58,080 nt of DNA from a bacterium (GTDB taxonomy: Bacteria > JAMCPX01), in contig JBBIVV010000012.1 in the NCBI GenBank assembly GCA_037439545.1, positions 1 to 58,080 on the forward strand, given 5' to 3'. The translations under genes and the position numbers were made by a program. Shown piece by piece: positions 19,839 to 31,138 of the stretch. Position 1 is the first letter of the stretch. Each line of letters begins with the position of its first letter. The notes beneath the pieces were generated by a model. That model did no database searches. It saw only the letters and a list, made by a program, of their open reading frames with translations, and was not told where the DNA came from.

Positions 19839-21629
19839 CTATGTATTGTAAAGTCCATCTATTATTGACTTATATTTTTTTTCTACAGCACTCCTCTTGA
19901 CCTTAATCGTGGGGGTCAACTCCCCCGTTTCCTGAGAGAACAACTGCGGGATCAAGGCAAACTTTTTAATGTTCTCATACCTTGCAAAACCGCTGTTTAC
20001 TTCATCCAGTGCTGCCGATATAAGCTCTTTTATTCTCGGCTGCTCGATGAGGTCCTTTTCGTTCGTATAAGAAATACCTTCCTTTTTTGCCACATCCTTC
20101 AGCACTTCGAATGACGGTACTATCAATGCCACGCAGTACGGCCTTTTATCGCCGATCATCACGGCTTCGTCTATGTACATATTCATCTTCAGTTTGTTCT
20201 CAATCGGCTGAGGCGCTATGTTCTTTCCGCCTGCAGTGACAATAAGGTCCTTTTTCCTGTCTGTGATATGCAGATACCCTTCATTATCGACAAAGCCGAT
20301 ATCGCCTGTATAAAGCCATCCATCTTTATCAAGGGCTTCTTTCGTTGCCTCGGGCTTTTTATGATAGCCCTTCATCACGTTTGCCCCTCTCAATAAAATC
20401 TCGCCGTCAGAGGCAATTTTTAATTCGTATCCTTTGAACGGCTTTCCAACTGTTCCAAACTTCACCTTTTTTGGAGGATTTGCCATGAAAATAGCGGATG
20501 TCTCCGTAAGCCCGTATCCTTCTACGATCTTGATACCGAGAGCAAAAAAGAATTCACCGAGTTCTTTTGAAAGCGGTGCACCGCCTGATATGGCAAACTT
20601 AAGCCTTCCGCCGACAGCCTGTTTGATTTTCTTAAATACCAGTTTACCTGCAAGTTTGTATTTCAAGGACAAAAAGAGAGGTAACGGCTTATTTTCCATC
20701 AGATACGGAGCAGCAGCCCTGCCTACCGAAACAGCCCAGTAAAAAATCTTTCTTTTCATCGGTTTGTCCGCTTCAACCTGAGAGATAATCTTTCCGTAAA
20801 CCTTTTCATAGACACGTGGAACGGACACGAACATGGTCGGCTTTATTTCCTTGAGATTGTCGGCCACCTTATCGATGCTTTCCGCTATTGCCTGAACACC
20901 TTTCGCATGATAAATCGGAACATAAAAGTCTGCTATCCTCGCGTAACCGTGGCTCAGGGGCAGGAATGAGAGCATGACCTCATCCGTAAGTTCATCTTTA
21001 AATGAATCGTAAGCGGCATCGGTAATGGATAAAAGATTGCTCTGCGTCAGCATGACGCCCTTTGGATCAGCAGTGGTTCCTGAGGTATAAATGATCGTTG
21101 CCAAGTCTTCAGTCTTTATATTCCCCAGCCGTTTGTCCATCTCTTGTTTCAAATCTGCCGGTTTGCCGGAAGCTGTTACATCATAAAACCATAACACGCC
21201 TGCTGCATCATTCAGCTTATCCATGGATATGACGTGCTTCAAACTCGGCATGTCATTCATCTTCATTTTAATTTTACTGTATTGCTGTTCTGTTGAAAGA
21301 ATTATGGCAACAGCATCAGAATCGTTGACGATATACGCCACTTGATCAGGCGTATTTGTGGCATAAATTGGGACAGTTACTGCACCTGCGCTTTGTATAG
21401 CAAGATCGCTGATGTACCATTCGTTTCGGTTTTCCGACAAGATACATATCTTTTCTTGAGGTTTTATGCCGAGTTTTATGATGCCACGGGCAAGTGATTC
21501 CGTAGAATCTCTATTTTGATCCCAGGTAATGTCGGTCCATTTACCTTCTTTCTTATGCTTTATAATGACCTTGCCTTTATTCCTTTCGGCTTGTGTGTAA
21601 TACATTTCGGGAATAGACTTATACTCCAT
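19839..21629 (-). CDS. fadD: Long-chain fatty acid-CoA ligase (AMP-forming)
   Basis: YTSGTT..PKG, SFLPLSH, EGYGLTET, TGDIG, DRKKDLIVTAGGKNIAP, ELTPTIKVKR. Confidence 0.92.
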   Translation of the reverse strand: MEYKSIPEMYYTQAERNKGKVIIKHKKEGKWTDITWDQNRDSTESLARGIIKLGIKPQEKICILSENRNEWYISDLAIQSAGAVTVPIYATNTPDQVAYIVNDSDAVAIILSTEQQYSKIKMKMNDMPSLKHVISMDKLNDAAGVLWFYDVTASGKPADLKQEMDKRLGNIKTEDLATIIYTSGTTADPKGVMLTQSNLLSITDAAYDSFKDELTDEVMLSFLPLSHGYARIADFYVPIYHAKGVQAIAESIDKVADNLKEIKPTMFVSVPRVYEKVYGKIISQVEADKPMKRKIFYWAVSVGRAAAPYLMENKPLPLFLSLKYKLAGKLVFKKIKQAVGGRLKFAISGGAPLSKELGEFFFALGIKIVEGYGLTETSAIFMANPPKKVKFGTVGKPFKGYELKIASDGEILLRGANVMKGYHKKPEATKEALDKDGWLYTGDIGFVDNEGYLHITDRKKDLIVTAGGKNIAPQPIENKLKMNMYIDEAVMIGDKRPYCVALIVPSFEVLKDVAKKEGISYTNEKDLIEQPRIKELISAALDEVNSGFARYENIKKFALIPQLFSQETGELTPTIKVKRSAVEKKYKSIIDGLYNT

Positions 21630-21650
21630 TGCATGTCCTCCTTTTATAGT

Positions 21651-21680
21651 ATTTTATTTCTTCATAACCTCTCTTGTCAA
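21651..21680 (-). promoter_or_regulatory. Putative sigma70 promoter for fadD
   Basis: Minus strand TTGACA-18 nt-TAAAAT, followed by SD AAGGAGG. Confidence 0.55.
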
Positions 21681-21751
21681 TAACCTTAAAAGTTCCAATC
21701 ATCAAAAAAGCGGGCCCGCTGTACTTTAAACGGGTGAGTCCTCATATCTTG

Positions 21752-24625
21752 CTAAATCAATACTGTTTTAAGGTACTCTCCTGTATAGGATGCAGGGACT
21801 TTGACAATGTCTTCAGGTGTGCCTGCAGCGACCACATACCCCCCTTTTTCACCGCCTTCGGGACCAAGGTCAATGATATGGTCGGCTGATTTTATCACAT
21901 CGAGGTTATGCTCTATTACAATGACCGTATTGCCTTCATCGACAAGTCTGTTGAGGACGATCAACAGTTTTTTAACATCATCGAAATGCAAGCCTGTCGT
22001 AGGCTCGTCGAGTATATAAACAGTCTTTCCCGTACTTCTCCTGCTTAATTCCTTTGAAAGTTTTATCCTTTGTGCCTCACCGCCTGACAACGTCGTTGCG
22101 GACTGTCCGAGCTTCAGATAATCAAGCCCGACATCGTACAATGTCTGGAGTTTGTCCTTTATTGCAGGGATATTCTTAAAAAACTCCAGTGCTTCTTCCA
22201 CGGACATATTCAATACATCCGATATATTCTTTCCTTTATAATGAACTTCAAGGGTCTCTCTGTTGTATCTCTTCCCCTTGCACCCGTCGCACTGCACGTA
22301 AATATCAGGCAGGAAATGCATCTCTATCTGCAGCATGCCCTGACCTTCACAGGTATCGCACCTGCCGCCCCTGAGATTAAAACTGAACCTCCCTTTTGAA
22401 TAGCCGCGTGCCCGTGCCTCCTGTGTTTGTGCAAAGACATCTCTTATGGGCTCAAATACTCCCGTATAGGTAACAGCATTTGAACGCGGTGTCCTTCCTA
22501 TGGGTGATTGGTCTATCTGTATAACCTTGTCCACCAGCTCTACTCCTTCAATCTTTCTATAATGGACCGTTATGCCTGTTGGACCGTATATCTTTTGATA
22601 GAGAACATTATAAAGCGTGTCTACAACAAGGCTGCTTTTGCCGGAACCAGATACCCCTGTTACACAGGTAAAGACACCTGTTGGAAAGGCAATTTCAATG
22701 TGCTTCAGGTTATTGGTATCCGCCCCATAAAGCTTTAAAGAACCGTGATTGACTTGTCTTCTTTTGTACGGGACCTGAATGGACAACCTTCCTGACAAAT
22801 ATCCGCCGGTTAACGATGCCTCGTTCTTCATGATCTGTGCCGGTGTGCCATTTGCTACAATCTCACCGCCTTTGTGTCCTGCCCCTGGTCCCATGTCTAT
22901 GATATAATCGGAAGAAATGATGGTTTCAGGGTCATGTTCAACGACAATGACCGTGTTTCCGATGTCGCGAAGCCTGATCAGGGTATTGATGAGCTTCCTG
23001 TTGTCCCTCTGGTGTAAGCCTATTGTCGGCTCATCGAGTATGTAAAGCACGCCGACAAGCCCTGAGCCAATCTGTGTCGCAAGCCTTATTCTCTGGTACT
23101 CGCCTCCTGATAATGTTCCTGCCATCCTGTCAAGGCTTATGTAGTCGAGTCCGACATTGAACATGAATTCTATACGGCTCTCAATCTCCTTCAACAGCCT
23201 CTCTGCAATAAGCCTCTGCTTTTCTGTAAGAGACATATTTATGATGAAGTTATACGCCTGTTCAATCGTCATGCCGGTAAATTCATGGATATTTTTCCCG
23301 TTTACCGTTACGGAAAGGCTTTCTTTTCTCAGCCTCGCGCCATTACACACGGAGCAGGTCTTGTAGTGCAGGTACTTTTGAAGTTCCGAAATGATAAAAG
23401 GATCGTCTTCTTCGTGATATTTTTTCTTGAGATACGGTATAACACCTGTAAATATATAGCTGTATTTCTTTACATATCTGGCAAACGGCTGTTTATCAAT
23501 ACCATCTGTTCCATAAAGTATTATGTGCCTTTGCCATTCAGGAAGCTCTGAAAACGGCGTTTCGAGGTCAATGCCGAATTCCCTTTCAAGCGAATCAAGC
23601 ATCTCCTGAAAATAGAAACTCATTCTTCTGCGCCATGGTGCAACAGCACCCTTTTTGATGGAGAGCGTATCGTCGGGAACAATCAGTTCGGGTGTAAAAT
23701 CGACAAGATGTCCTATGCCGTCACAGTTTTCACATGCACCGTAAGGACTGTTGAACGAAAATATCCTCGGTGCAAGCTCAGGCAGGCTTGTTCCACAGTC
23801 AGGACACGCGAATTTCCGGCTCATGGTCCACCCTGTCGCAGGTCCTTTTTTTGATGTAGGTTCGATGTCCGCTTCGTCAGTTGCTGTGGTTTTTAAGGAG
23901 ACAGATTCCTTATCCGCAAACTCTATCTCTACGACCCCGTCTGCAATGGACAGTGCCGTTTCCAAAGAGTCCGCTATTCTGGAATGCATACCCTGATCCA
24001 CGACAATCCTGTCTATAATAATCGAAATCTTGTGTTTTTTGTTTTTATCGAGGCGGATATCATCCTGAAGTTCGACGATTTTATCGTCTATCTTTGCCCT
24101 GGTATAGCCATTCTTGCGCCATTGGAGGAGCTCTTTTTTGAATTCACCTTTATCTCCTCTCACCACAGGCGCCATTATCATGATACGCGTATCTTTTGGA
24201 AGAGACAGTATCTGGTCAACCATCTGATCGATACTCTGAGATGCAAGCTCTCTGCCGCATACAGGGCAATGAGGGATGCCTATCCTTGCATATAATACCC
24301 TGAGGTAATCGTATATCTCGGTCACTGTCCCGACCGTCGATCGCGGATTATGGCTGAGTGTGCGCTGCTCGATGGATATAGCGGGGGAAAGGCCTTCTAT
24401 GGAATCAACATCGGGCTTGTCCATCTGACCGAGAAATTGTCTTGCATAAGCTGAAAGAGATTCCACATACCTGCGCTGGCCCTCTGCATATATGGTATCA
24501 AATGCAAGAGTGCTTTTGCCCGAACCGGACAATCCTGTAATAATGACAAGCTTGTTACGGGGGATATCGACATCAATGTTTTTCAGGTTGTGCTCTCTCG
24601 CACCCCTTACGATGATATAATCCAT
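21752..24625 (-). CDS. uvrA: Excinuclease ABC subunit A
   Basis: GAREHNLKN, two Walker A motifs ([16 protein letters not shown]), Zn fingers, [11 protein letters not shown]. Confidence 0.99.
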   Translation of the reverse strand: MDYIIVRGAREHNLKNIDVDIPRNKLVIITGLSGSGKSTLAFDTIYAEGQRRYVESLSAYARQFLGQMDKPDVDSIEGLSPAISIEQRTLSHNPRSTVGTVTEIYDYLRVLYARIGIPHCPVCGRELASQSIDQMVDQILSLPKDTRIMIMAPVVRGDKGEFKKELLQWRKNGYTRAKIDDKIVELQDDIRLDKNKKHKISIIIDRIVVDQGMHSRIADSLETALSIADGVVEIEFADKESVSLKTTATDEADIEPTSKKGPATGWTMSRKFACPDCGTSLPELAPRIFSFNSPYGACENCDGIGHLVDFTPELIVPDDTLSIKKGAVAPWRRRMSFYFQEMLDSLEREFGIDLETPFSELPEWQRHIILYGTDGIDKQPFARYVKKYSYIFTGVIPYLKKKYHEEDDPFIISELQKYLHYKTCSVCNGARLRKESLSVTVNGKNIHEFTGMTIEQAYNFIINMSLTEKQRLIAERLLKEIESRIEFMFNVGLDYISLDRMAGTLSGGEYQRIRLATQIGSGLVGVLYILDEPTIGLHQRDNRKLINTLIRLRDIGNTVIVVEHDPETIISSDYIIDMGPGAGHKGGEIVANGTPAQIMKNEASLTGGYLSGRLSIQVPYKRRQVNHGSLKLYGADTNNLKHIEIAFPTGVFTCVTGVSGSGKSSLVVDTLYNVLYQKIYGPTGITVHYRKIEGVELVDKVIQIDQSPIGRTPRSNAVTYTGVFEPIRDVFAQTQEARARGYSKGRFSFNLRGGRCDTCEGQGMLQIEMHFLPDIYVQCDGCKGKRYNRETLEVHYKGKNISDVLNMSVEEALEFFKNIPAIKDKLQTLYDVGLDYLKLGQSATTLSGGEAQRIKLSKELSRRSTGKTVYILDEPTTGLHFDDVKKLLIVLNRLVDEGNTVIVIEHNLDVIKSADHIIDLGPEGGEKGGYVVAAGTPEDIVKVPASYTGEYLKTVLI

Positions 24626-24654
24626 TCTTTGTTTCCAATTGTTTGCGGCAAAGT

Positions 24655-24680
24655 CAGGGACTCACTATAGCGAGCCCCTG
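24655..24680 (-). terminator. Stem-loop between pdxA and uvrA (possible weak terminator or REP-like hairpin)
   Basis: Minus strand CAGGGGCTCGC-TATA-GTGAGTCCCTG, 11-bp stem with two G-U pairs, short U tract. Confidence 0.45.
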
Positions 24681-24702
24681 CAAGAATATCAATTACCTAA
24701 GA

Positions 24703-25734
24703 TTACTTAACTATTGTCCCTGATTGTTTTTTTTGCTTTATGGCAGCTATTTTGCTTGCAAGCATTATTGCTGCACTCATACTCTCTGGATTTGCTATGC
24801 CTTTGCCTGCTATATCGTAGGCTGTTCCGTGATCGACCGATGTCCTAATGATAGGCAGCCCGAGCGTAACATTCACAGAGTCATCGAAGTTAATCATCTT
24901 TATGGGTATCAATGCCTGATCGTGGTAAATGCCTACGACCACATCGTATTTGCCCTTATAGGCAAAATGAAAAGCCGTATCGGCGGACAGGGGACCGAAC
25001 ACCTGTATCCCCATGCTCTCTGCTTTCTTTATGCCCGGTATAATCAGTTCTTTCTCCTCTACGCCGAACAAACCCTCTTCTCCGGCATGAGGGTTCAGGG
25101 CAACCACGGCAATCTTCGGATTCTTTATGCCGAAATAATCGACCAGTGCCTCATAGGTCAATTTGACTGTTTTGAAGATCATGCCCGGCGTTATCATGTT
25201 CGGTATTTCCCTCATCGGCAAGTGGGTCGTTACCAGCGAAACCTTCAGTTTCTTGCCGACAAGCATCATGCAGTAATCCTCTGTCCTCGTTATTTCAGCG
25301 AGCAGTTCCGTATGACCGGGATAATTGAACCCTGCATTGTTGATGGCAGCCTTATTGATAGGTCCCGTTACCATTGCACTTATAGAGCCGTTCATCGCAA
25401 GCCTTACCGCTTCTTTTATATAGGTCACCATCATCTTCCCTGCGATCTTATCCGGCCTGCCTATCTTGAGCCTTACCGGATCGAGGTTCGAGAGTTTGAC
25501 GACGTATATACTTTTAATGTTCGGCCTGAGTGATTTGATGTCCTCGACGGATATGACCGTGACTTCAAGCTTTGCATGCAGTGCGGCTATTGTTTTCTTC
25601 ATAACATTGGCATCGCCCAAAAGCACAGGGATGCATTCCTTCGTTATCTTCGGGTCCTGATAAGATTTTACAATGACCTCAGGTCCTATGCCTGTAGGGT
25701 CACCCATTGTTATACCGATTTTTGGCAGTTCCAT
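24703..25734 (-). CDS. pdxA: 4-hydroxythreonine-4-phosphate dehydrogenase
   Basis: ITMGDPTGIGPE, GHTE, LNPHAGE, YHDQ, RTSVDHGTAYDIAGKG. Confidence 0.97.
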   Translation of the reverse strand: MELPKIGITMGDPTGIGPEVIVKSYQDPKITKECIPVLLGDANVMKKTIAALHAKLEVTVISVEDIKSLRPNIKSIYVVKLSNLDPVRLKIGRPDKIAGKMMVTYIKEAVRLAMNGSISAMVTGPINKAAINNAGFNYPGHTELLAEITRTEDYCMMLVGKKLKVSLVTTHLPMREIPNMITPGMIFKTVKLTYEALVDYFGIKNPKIAVVALNPHAGEEGLFGVEEKELIIPGIKKAESMGIQVFGPLSADTAFHFAYKGKYDVVVGIYHDQALIPIKMINFDDSVNVTLGLPIIRTSVDHGTAYDIAGKGIANPESMSAAIMLASKIAAIKQKKQSGTIVK

Positions 25735-25746
25735 TTATTCCTCCAG

Positions 25747-26691
25747 TTATAAAAGTCCATCATAGACTGTAATGATAGTTTTTTGTCTTTTTGTCAATAG
25801 CCAGCTTTTGAGAGCACTGTCGAGCTTGCCCGTGTATATGTCATTCCGGATTTTGTCCTTCACCTCTTTCAAGGGAAGCAGTTCGGATGATTTAAATCCT
25901 TCTATTCCTATAATCTCATATCCGATAGGCGTACGCAAGGGGCCTACGGTCTGCCCGGGCTTTGCGGTGAATATCGCTTTGTCGATCGCGGGGTATAATG
26001 TTCCCTGCTCTACATACCCCAATTCTCCGCCATTGTTTTTTGTTACTTTATCATCCGAATATTTTCCGGCAACACCGGAAAAATGTTCACCGGCGGCGAG
26101 CTTTGCCACGACCATCCCGGCCTTTTTCAGCAGACTCTGCTTTTGCTCCTGAGAGCTGTCCGGCGGCACTTCAATGAGTATATGTCTTATGTCCGCCTGC
26201 TTGACCTGTGAAAACTCTTTCTTGTGTTCTATGTAATACCTCTGCACGTCGTCCTCTGTGACGGTAATTTCTGTCCTGAATTTATAACCGACAAGCTTCG
26301 ATTTCGCCAGCTCGCTCTTCATCTCATCGGTATAAGCGTCGAAGTCTATGCCTTTTTTTTTCAAATCAGATTTCAGCGAATCGACCGACACTCCATTGGA
26401 TTCCGCCATCTGTTCTATTGCATTGTTGACATCCTGCGCGCCGATGGTAACCCCCAGGGTCTTTAATTCACTGTAAATAATAGTGTCATCTATCAGATCA
26501 TCGAGTGATCGCTTGTCGAGCGTCTTTGCGTCCGGATACCTCTGCTTTAAGATCTCGGAGCGCTGCCGGACCTGATACAGCGTTATCGGATTGTCATTGA
26601 CGATTGCAACGATGCCGTCAACGGGTTCCCTGCCTGCCCCCAAAGTTACGGGGACGATCATGAGTAAAAGCAATGCCGTTCTATACTTCAT
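25747..26691 (-). CDS. surA: SurA-like chaperone / parvulin peptidyl-prolyl isomerase
   Basis: Signal peptide, VDGIVAIVNDNPIT SurA N-domain, RHILI...YSDD...GGELG rotamase; start reassigned to 26691 (ATGA overlap); adjacent to pdxA. Confidence 0.85.
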   Translation of the reverse strand: MKYRTALLLLMIVPVTLGAGREPVDGIVAIVNDNPITLYQVRQRSEILKQRYPDAKTLDKRSLDDLIDDTIIYSELKTLGVTIGAQDVNNAIEQMAESNGVSVDSLKSDLKKKGIDFDAYTDEMKSELAKSKLVGYKFRTEITVTEDDVQRYYIEHKKEFSQVKQADIRHILIEVPPDSSQEQKQSLLKKAGMVVAKLAAGEHFSGVAGKYSDDKVTKNNGGELGYVEQGTLYPAIDKAIFTAKPGQTVGPLRTPIGYEIIGIEGFKSSELLPLKEVKDKIRNDIYTGKLDSALKSWLLTKRQKTIITVYDGLL

Positions 26692-27626
26692 ATTAATCCT
26701 GCCCTTTTTAAAAGTTCGTAATTTATATGCACGCCTTCCTGTTCTTTCAAGATAGTTATCCATTTTGCAAAATCGCTGTTTATCTTTTCACTGCGCAACA
26801 GTGCGGAAATATCGTCCTTTGCTTCGCTGAAAGACTTTTTATGAGGAGGTACTTTATACTCTACGAGGAATATCTGATAACCGAATTGTGTTTTTACTAT
26901 ACCGCTTGCCTTGCCGACAGGTAAAGAGAATAATATTCCCTCGAGCTCCTTGGGAAGGTCATTCGCAGCCAACACCCCCATATCGCCTCCGGACGGTGCC
27001 TGGGGATCCATAGAATAGGCCTGGGCTACTTTAGAAAAACTCTGTCCTGCATTCAAGGCATTAAGGGCCTGTGCCGCAGACTGCTCTGAGGAAAATTCCA
27101 TCTGCCGCGCCTTTATCATTTCCGGGACCGAGAAAGCATCCGGATGCGTTTTATAGTATTGCTCTCCCTCAGCCGGTGAGACCGAAACAGTCGAGAAGTG
27201 TATCGAGAGAAGCTTCTTTATGATCAATTGATCTTGAAGTTGTTTCAGCCATAAATTTTTATCTATCAGTTTTTCTATGAAGATTTTATTGAACTGCTCA
27301 TCCGTGTATCCCTGCTTGAGCTGGCTGTATTCATGATTGACCTCATCGGATGTGACCGTTATGCCTTCTCTTTTTGCTTCATGCAGCAGGAGCAGGCTAT
27401 TGACGAGATTATCGATATTCGCCATCACAAGGTCTTTTGATACATGCCCCGGCTTGAGACCGCTTTCCGCAGAAAAGTTATTCAGCATTTTTTTAAATTC
27501 ATCGAGCGTTACATCCTGCTTGCCTACACTGATAACGGTCCCGCTGCCAAGTGCTATGGACAGATGATTCGTGCATCCGAACATGCTGACAATTATCATC
27601 GACACGAATATTATTATATGTTTCAT
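26688..27626 (-). CDS. Lipoprotein foldase, SurA-N plus PpiC-type PPIase domain (PrsA-like)
   Basis: Lipobox-like MFGC; F..VAQAYSMDP...GGDMG and SGIVKTQFGYQIF parvulin motifs. Confidence 0.85.
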   Translation of the reverse strand: MKHIIIFVSMIIVSMFGCTNHLSIALGSGTVISVGKQDVTLDEFKKMLNNFSAESGLKPGHVSKDLVMANIDNLVNSLLLLHEAKREGITVTSDEVNHEYSQLKQGYTDEQFNKIFIEKLIDKNLWLKQLQDQLIIKKLLSIHFSTVSVSPAEGEQYYKTHPDAFSVPEMIKARQMEFSSEQSAAQALNALNAGQSFSKVAQAYSMDPQAPSGGDMGVLAANDLPKELEGILFSLPVGKASGIVKTQFGYQIFLVEYKVPPHKKSFSEAKDDISALLRSEKINSDFAKWITILKEQEGVHINYELLKRAGLI

Positions 27627-27631
27627 ATCAT

Positions 27632-30600
27632 CTAACTTTGCAAACCTGCTTCTTTTGTCCGGCTTTTTTGGATTAACGCCTCGAACGCCTTTAAAATACC
27701 GTCTATACCCTTTGCCAGGAGAGGTTCAAAGGTCAGTTGCAGGGCGTGGTTCCCTTTAATTTTTATAATCCTTTCATTCAATAACCTGCTGATATCCTCA
27801 GGTTCTACATTTGTAGTGTGCAAAAAAGTCACTCTGAAGTCACTGCCGATTTTATCCAGCTTAACAGCTTTAAGCTGTTTCATCAATACCTTTATTTTAA
27901 TTATTTTTATAAGCATTTCAAGCTCTGACGGCATGCGTCCAAACCTGTCTTTCAACTCTGAAACAATCTCCGGCAGGTTGTTATCCGCATTGGCAAGGCG
28001 GCGGTAAAATAACAGCCTCAATTCCGGGTCATCGATATATGTTTCGGGTATATAGGCCGGGACAGGGAAATTCAGGTGCGGCTCTAAAGGCTCTTCATAA
28101 GCCTCCCCTTTTATACCTGCCATGGCTTCTTTTATCAGTTCGGAATACAACTCAAGTCCCAGTGCGTCAATATGTCCCGACTGCGCCTTTCCTACGATGT
28201 TGCCGGCCCCGCGCATCTCCATGTCATGCATGGCAAGCTTGAACCCGGAGCTCAATTCAGAAGATGAAGCGACCATCTTCAGCCGTGCCAGCGCCTGCGG
28301 TGAAGCAGGCCTGTTAAAAGGCATGAGAAAGTATACGTAACCTACCTGATCGGATCTGCCTACCCTGCCCTTCAACTGATATAGCTCGGAGGTCCCGAAC
28401 ACATCGGCATCATTGATAATGATGGTATTTGCAGACGGTATATCGAGTCCGGATTCAACGATCGCAGTGCTGATAAGTACATTGAGCTCTTTCCGTATGA
28501 ATTGTGCCATGATGCTTTCGATATGTCTTGCCGGCATCTGTCCATGAACGACGGCAACCGATGCACCGGGCACGATCCTCGTTATCCTGTCTGCAAGCTG
28601 TTCAAGGCCTTTTATCTTTCTGCTGATGATAAACACCTGCCCGCTGCGCTCTATCTCTTTTATGATAAGATCACGGATGCTTGAATCATTGTATTTCATT
28701 ATATAACACTGGGTAGCCTTTCTCTCTGACGGCGGTGTCGTTATGATGCTGATATCCTTAATCCCGGAAAGTGCCATTTTTAATGTCCTTGGTATCGGTG
28801 TTGCAGTAATCACGAGTATGTCTGCCGAAGGATTAAACCTTTTAAGTGTTTCTTTATGGTCAACGCCGAACTTATGCTCTTCATCGATAATGATGAGTCC
28901 GAGCGATTTAAACCGTATGGCTTCCTTCAGTATTGCATGAGTACCGATAAGAATGTCTACCTCGCCGTGTGCAAGCCCCTTGAGGAGCGTCCTTTTTTCA
29001 GTCAGCTTCCTGAAACGGTTCAGCACCTTTATGTTGACAGGGTATTCTTTGAACCTTTCCGAGAATGTCCTGTAGTGCTGTTCCGAAAGGATTGTCGTGG
29101 GTGCAAGCAAAGCGACCTGCTTATTGTCCATAACGGCTTTAAATGCGGCCCGCATTGCCACCTCTGTTTTACCGTATCCCGAATCACCGCAGATAAGCCT
29201 GTCCATGGACTTGCTGCTCATCATATCGGTTATAACGTCCTCTATCGCCTTCTTCTGGTCGGTGGTCTCTTCGTAGGGAAAGCTGTCCTCAAATGCCTGA
29301 TAGAGTCTATCGGGCGCCGAGAAGCTGAACCCGCCCTTCAATTCCCTTATTGCCTGATTATTGATGAATTCGTGTGCGATCTCATACAGCTTTTCTTTTA
29401 CCTTCTTTACCCTTGTTTGGAATGTACTGCCCCCGAGCTTATCGAGCACAGGGACGACATCAGAGGACGGGATGTATTGACTCAGCATATTTGCGCGTTC
29501 GACGGGCATGTAAAGCTTTGCATTGTCCCGGTATTCTATCACGATCAATTCAAGTTTTAACGAATCAACTTCCATAGTTGTGATACCTGTTAATTTACCG
29601 ATCCCGTACTCCCTGTGCACGATGTAGGTGCCGAACTTGAGTTCCTCGAGGTTTATCGGTTCACCGCCGTACAAGTGCTGATAAGACTGCTTCCTCTTCC
29701 TGCCTTTCCTGACATTGAACAGATCGGCACCGGTTAAGAACGGGATATCCTGATACACAAACCCTTTCTCCAGTTCTCCGTGTATGAAGTTAAGCCCCTG
29801 TTTCAACTGAAGCATACATTCAGGATAGGGTTCCTGAATGTGGTTCATTTCAATCCCTGAATCCGAAAGGAGCGACGTAAGATGCTCCAACCTGTCGCTT
29901 TGCATCGTAATCATGACGACTATCCGGTTATCTTTTACAATGTGCCTGATATATTCGAATGCCGCATGCAGATCATTCGTTCCAGAGTTAAGCCATACAT
30001 CGATATCATCGACCGGTGACGCTTTTTCAAGAGCAAGGACCGGATACTGTGCCGAGTGCGAGCTGTCAATCCACAGTGTCTTATAACTGCCGAGCTTCTG
30101 TCTGATAGTATCCGGGGACAGGAACATTATTTCGGCATCGTTTACATTCCGTCCTTCTTTTAAAGCCTGCATGTGGTGCTTGTAGATATCTTCATAATAT
30201 CTGTCCAGGGTGTTGTTCACCTCGGTCGGATTGACGACGATAATATCCGTCCCCTTATCGATGTAATCAAAGATATCGGCTTTGTCGTTATACGGGAGCT
30301 CTTCCGGTGAAGCAGCCTTCAGCTCGTCTCGACGGTCATTCAGATCAGCGGCAAGGAATTCCGTGACAGGGGGTATGAACATAGTCTCAATTCTTTTAAA
30401 TGAACGCTGATCGACGACCATGAAGTGTCTCATGGACTCGACGGTATCGGACATCATTTCAATCCTTATAGGGTACACGGAATTCGGAGGAAAAATATCG
30501 ACGATGCCCCCCCTTATACTGAACTCTCCGATTGACGTTGAAATATTCTGTCTTACGTAGCCGAGCTCAACAAGCCTGAGGGCAAGCTCTGTTATGTCGA

Positions 30601-31030
30601 GCCTGGCTCCGGCATTGATCTCGAGTTTCAGTGCCCCCAGCAAGGACGGCCGGGGAAGCATGGGCATCAAGGCCTTTGCAGAGGTAATTATGATGCCTGT
30701 CGTTTTATTGCACACATGCTCGCTTATGGCCGTTATTCTTTCAGCCTGGACATCGATGACTGGAAAAATGCCGTTGTACGGTATTATGCCCCATGACGGG
30801 AACAATTTCGGTGTAACCCTTCCTGACGACAGCCATGCAAGTTCTCCGGCCAGCCTGTTCGCATATTCGCCCGATGGCGTAATGACCAGCACCGGCTTAT
30901 GGGACGCACCGAGGTATTCATTAATCAAAACAGATCTGAAAGACGTGTCATACATCTTCACCCAGCGTGAGCTGTTTGACATCAGTATTTCTATTTCTTT
31001 ATCAATGTTGAACAATGTTTCATTATGCAT
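27632..31030 (-). CDS. mfd: Transcription-repair coupling factor
   Basis: UvrB-homology (FSIRGGIVDIFP), CarD/RID (VHREYGIG), CGDSGYGKTEVA, DEEH, TATPIPRTL, QLKGRVGRS, C-terminal TRCF domain; start placed at ATG 31030. Confidence 0.96.
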   Translation of the reverse strand: MHNETLFNIDKEIEILMSNSSRWVKMYDTSFRSVLINEYLGASHKPVLVITPSGEYANRLAGELAWLSSGRVTPKLFPSWGIIPYNGIFPVIDVQAERITAISEHVCNKTTGIIITSAKALMPMLPRPSLLGALKLEINAGARLDITELALRLVELGYVRQNISTSIGEFSIRGGIVDIFPPNSVYPIRIEMMSDTVESMRHFMVVDQRSFKRIETMFIPPVTEFLAADLNDRRDELKAASPEELPYNDKADIFDYIDKGTDIIVVNPTEVNNTLDRYYEDIYKHHMQALKEGRNVNDAEIMFLSPDTIRQKLGSYKTLWIDSSHSAQYPVLALEKASPVDDIDVWLNSGTNDLHAAFEYIRHIVKDNRIVVMITMQSDRLEHLTSLLSDSGIEMNHIQEPYPECMLQLKQGLNFIHGELEKGFVYQDIPFLTGADLFNVRKGRKRKQSYQHLYGGEPINLEELKFGTYIVHREYGIGKLTGITTMEVDSLKLELIVIEYRDNAKLYMPVERANMLSQYIPSSDVVPVLDKLGGSTFQTRVKKVKEKLYEIAHEFINNQAIRELKGGFSFSAPDRLYQAFEDSFPYEETTDQKKAIEDVITDMMSSKSMDRLICGDSGYGKTEVAMRAAFKAVMDNKQVALLAPTTILSEQHYRTFSERFKEYPVNIKVLNRFRKLTEKRTLLKGLAHGEVDILIGTHAILKEAIRFKSLGLIIIDEEHKFGVDHKETLKRFNPSADILVITATPIPRTLKMALSGIKDISIITTPPSERKATQCYIMKYNDSSIRDLIIKEIERSGQVFIISRKIKGLEQLADRITRIVPGASVAVVHGQMPARHIESIMAQFIRKELNVLISTAIVESGLDIPSANTIIINDADVFGTSELYQLKGRVGRSDQVGYVYFLMPFNRPASPQALARLKMVASSSELSSGFKLAMHDMEMRGAGNIVGKAQSGHIDALGLELYSELIKEAMAGIKGEAYEEPLEPHLNFPVPAYIPETYIDDPELRLLFYRRLANADNNLPEIVSELKDRFGRMPSELEMLIKIIKIKVLMKQLKAVKLDKIGSDFRVTFLHTTNVEPEDISRLLNERIIKIKGNHALQLTFEPLLAKGIDGILKAFEALIQKSRTKEAGLQS

Positions 31031-31040
31031 ATTCAGGTAT

Positions 31041-31069
31041 ATAGTATGTTTTATTGTAACTGTTTTCAA
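31041..31069 (-). promoter_or_regulatory. Putative mfd promoter
   Basis: Minus strand TTGAAA-17 nt-TACTAT, 10 nt before ATG 31030. Confidence 0.5.
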
Positions 31070-31102
31070 CCACAAATGCATAGAAAATAAAAACCATGGA
31101 GC

Positions 31103-31131
31103 TTGATCTTGACGGCAATTCCTATTAAACT
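31103..31131 (+). promoter_or_regulatory. Putative kinase promoter (leaderless geometry)
   Basis: TTGATC-17 nt-TAAACT, 7 nt before ATG 31139; no SD. Confidence 0.45.
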
Positions 31132-31138
31132 GATCCGC

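Noticed and set aside
23825..23920. ~25-aa insertion in UvrA before the CPDC zinc finger
   Set aside because: This loop is commonly variable and no palindrome or repeat match was visible
24659..24670. GACTCACTATAG, identical to the core of the T7 promoter
   Set aside because: Lacks upstream TAATAC, is part of a natural hairpin and has no vector or phage context; coincidence
24724..25533. 269-aa + strand ORF, plus similar ones (28856-29560, 37187-37870, 18938-19414, 53359-53913, 54595-55125)
   Set aside because: Antisense shadows of well-supported genes, with no recognisable motifs
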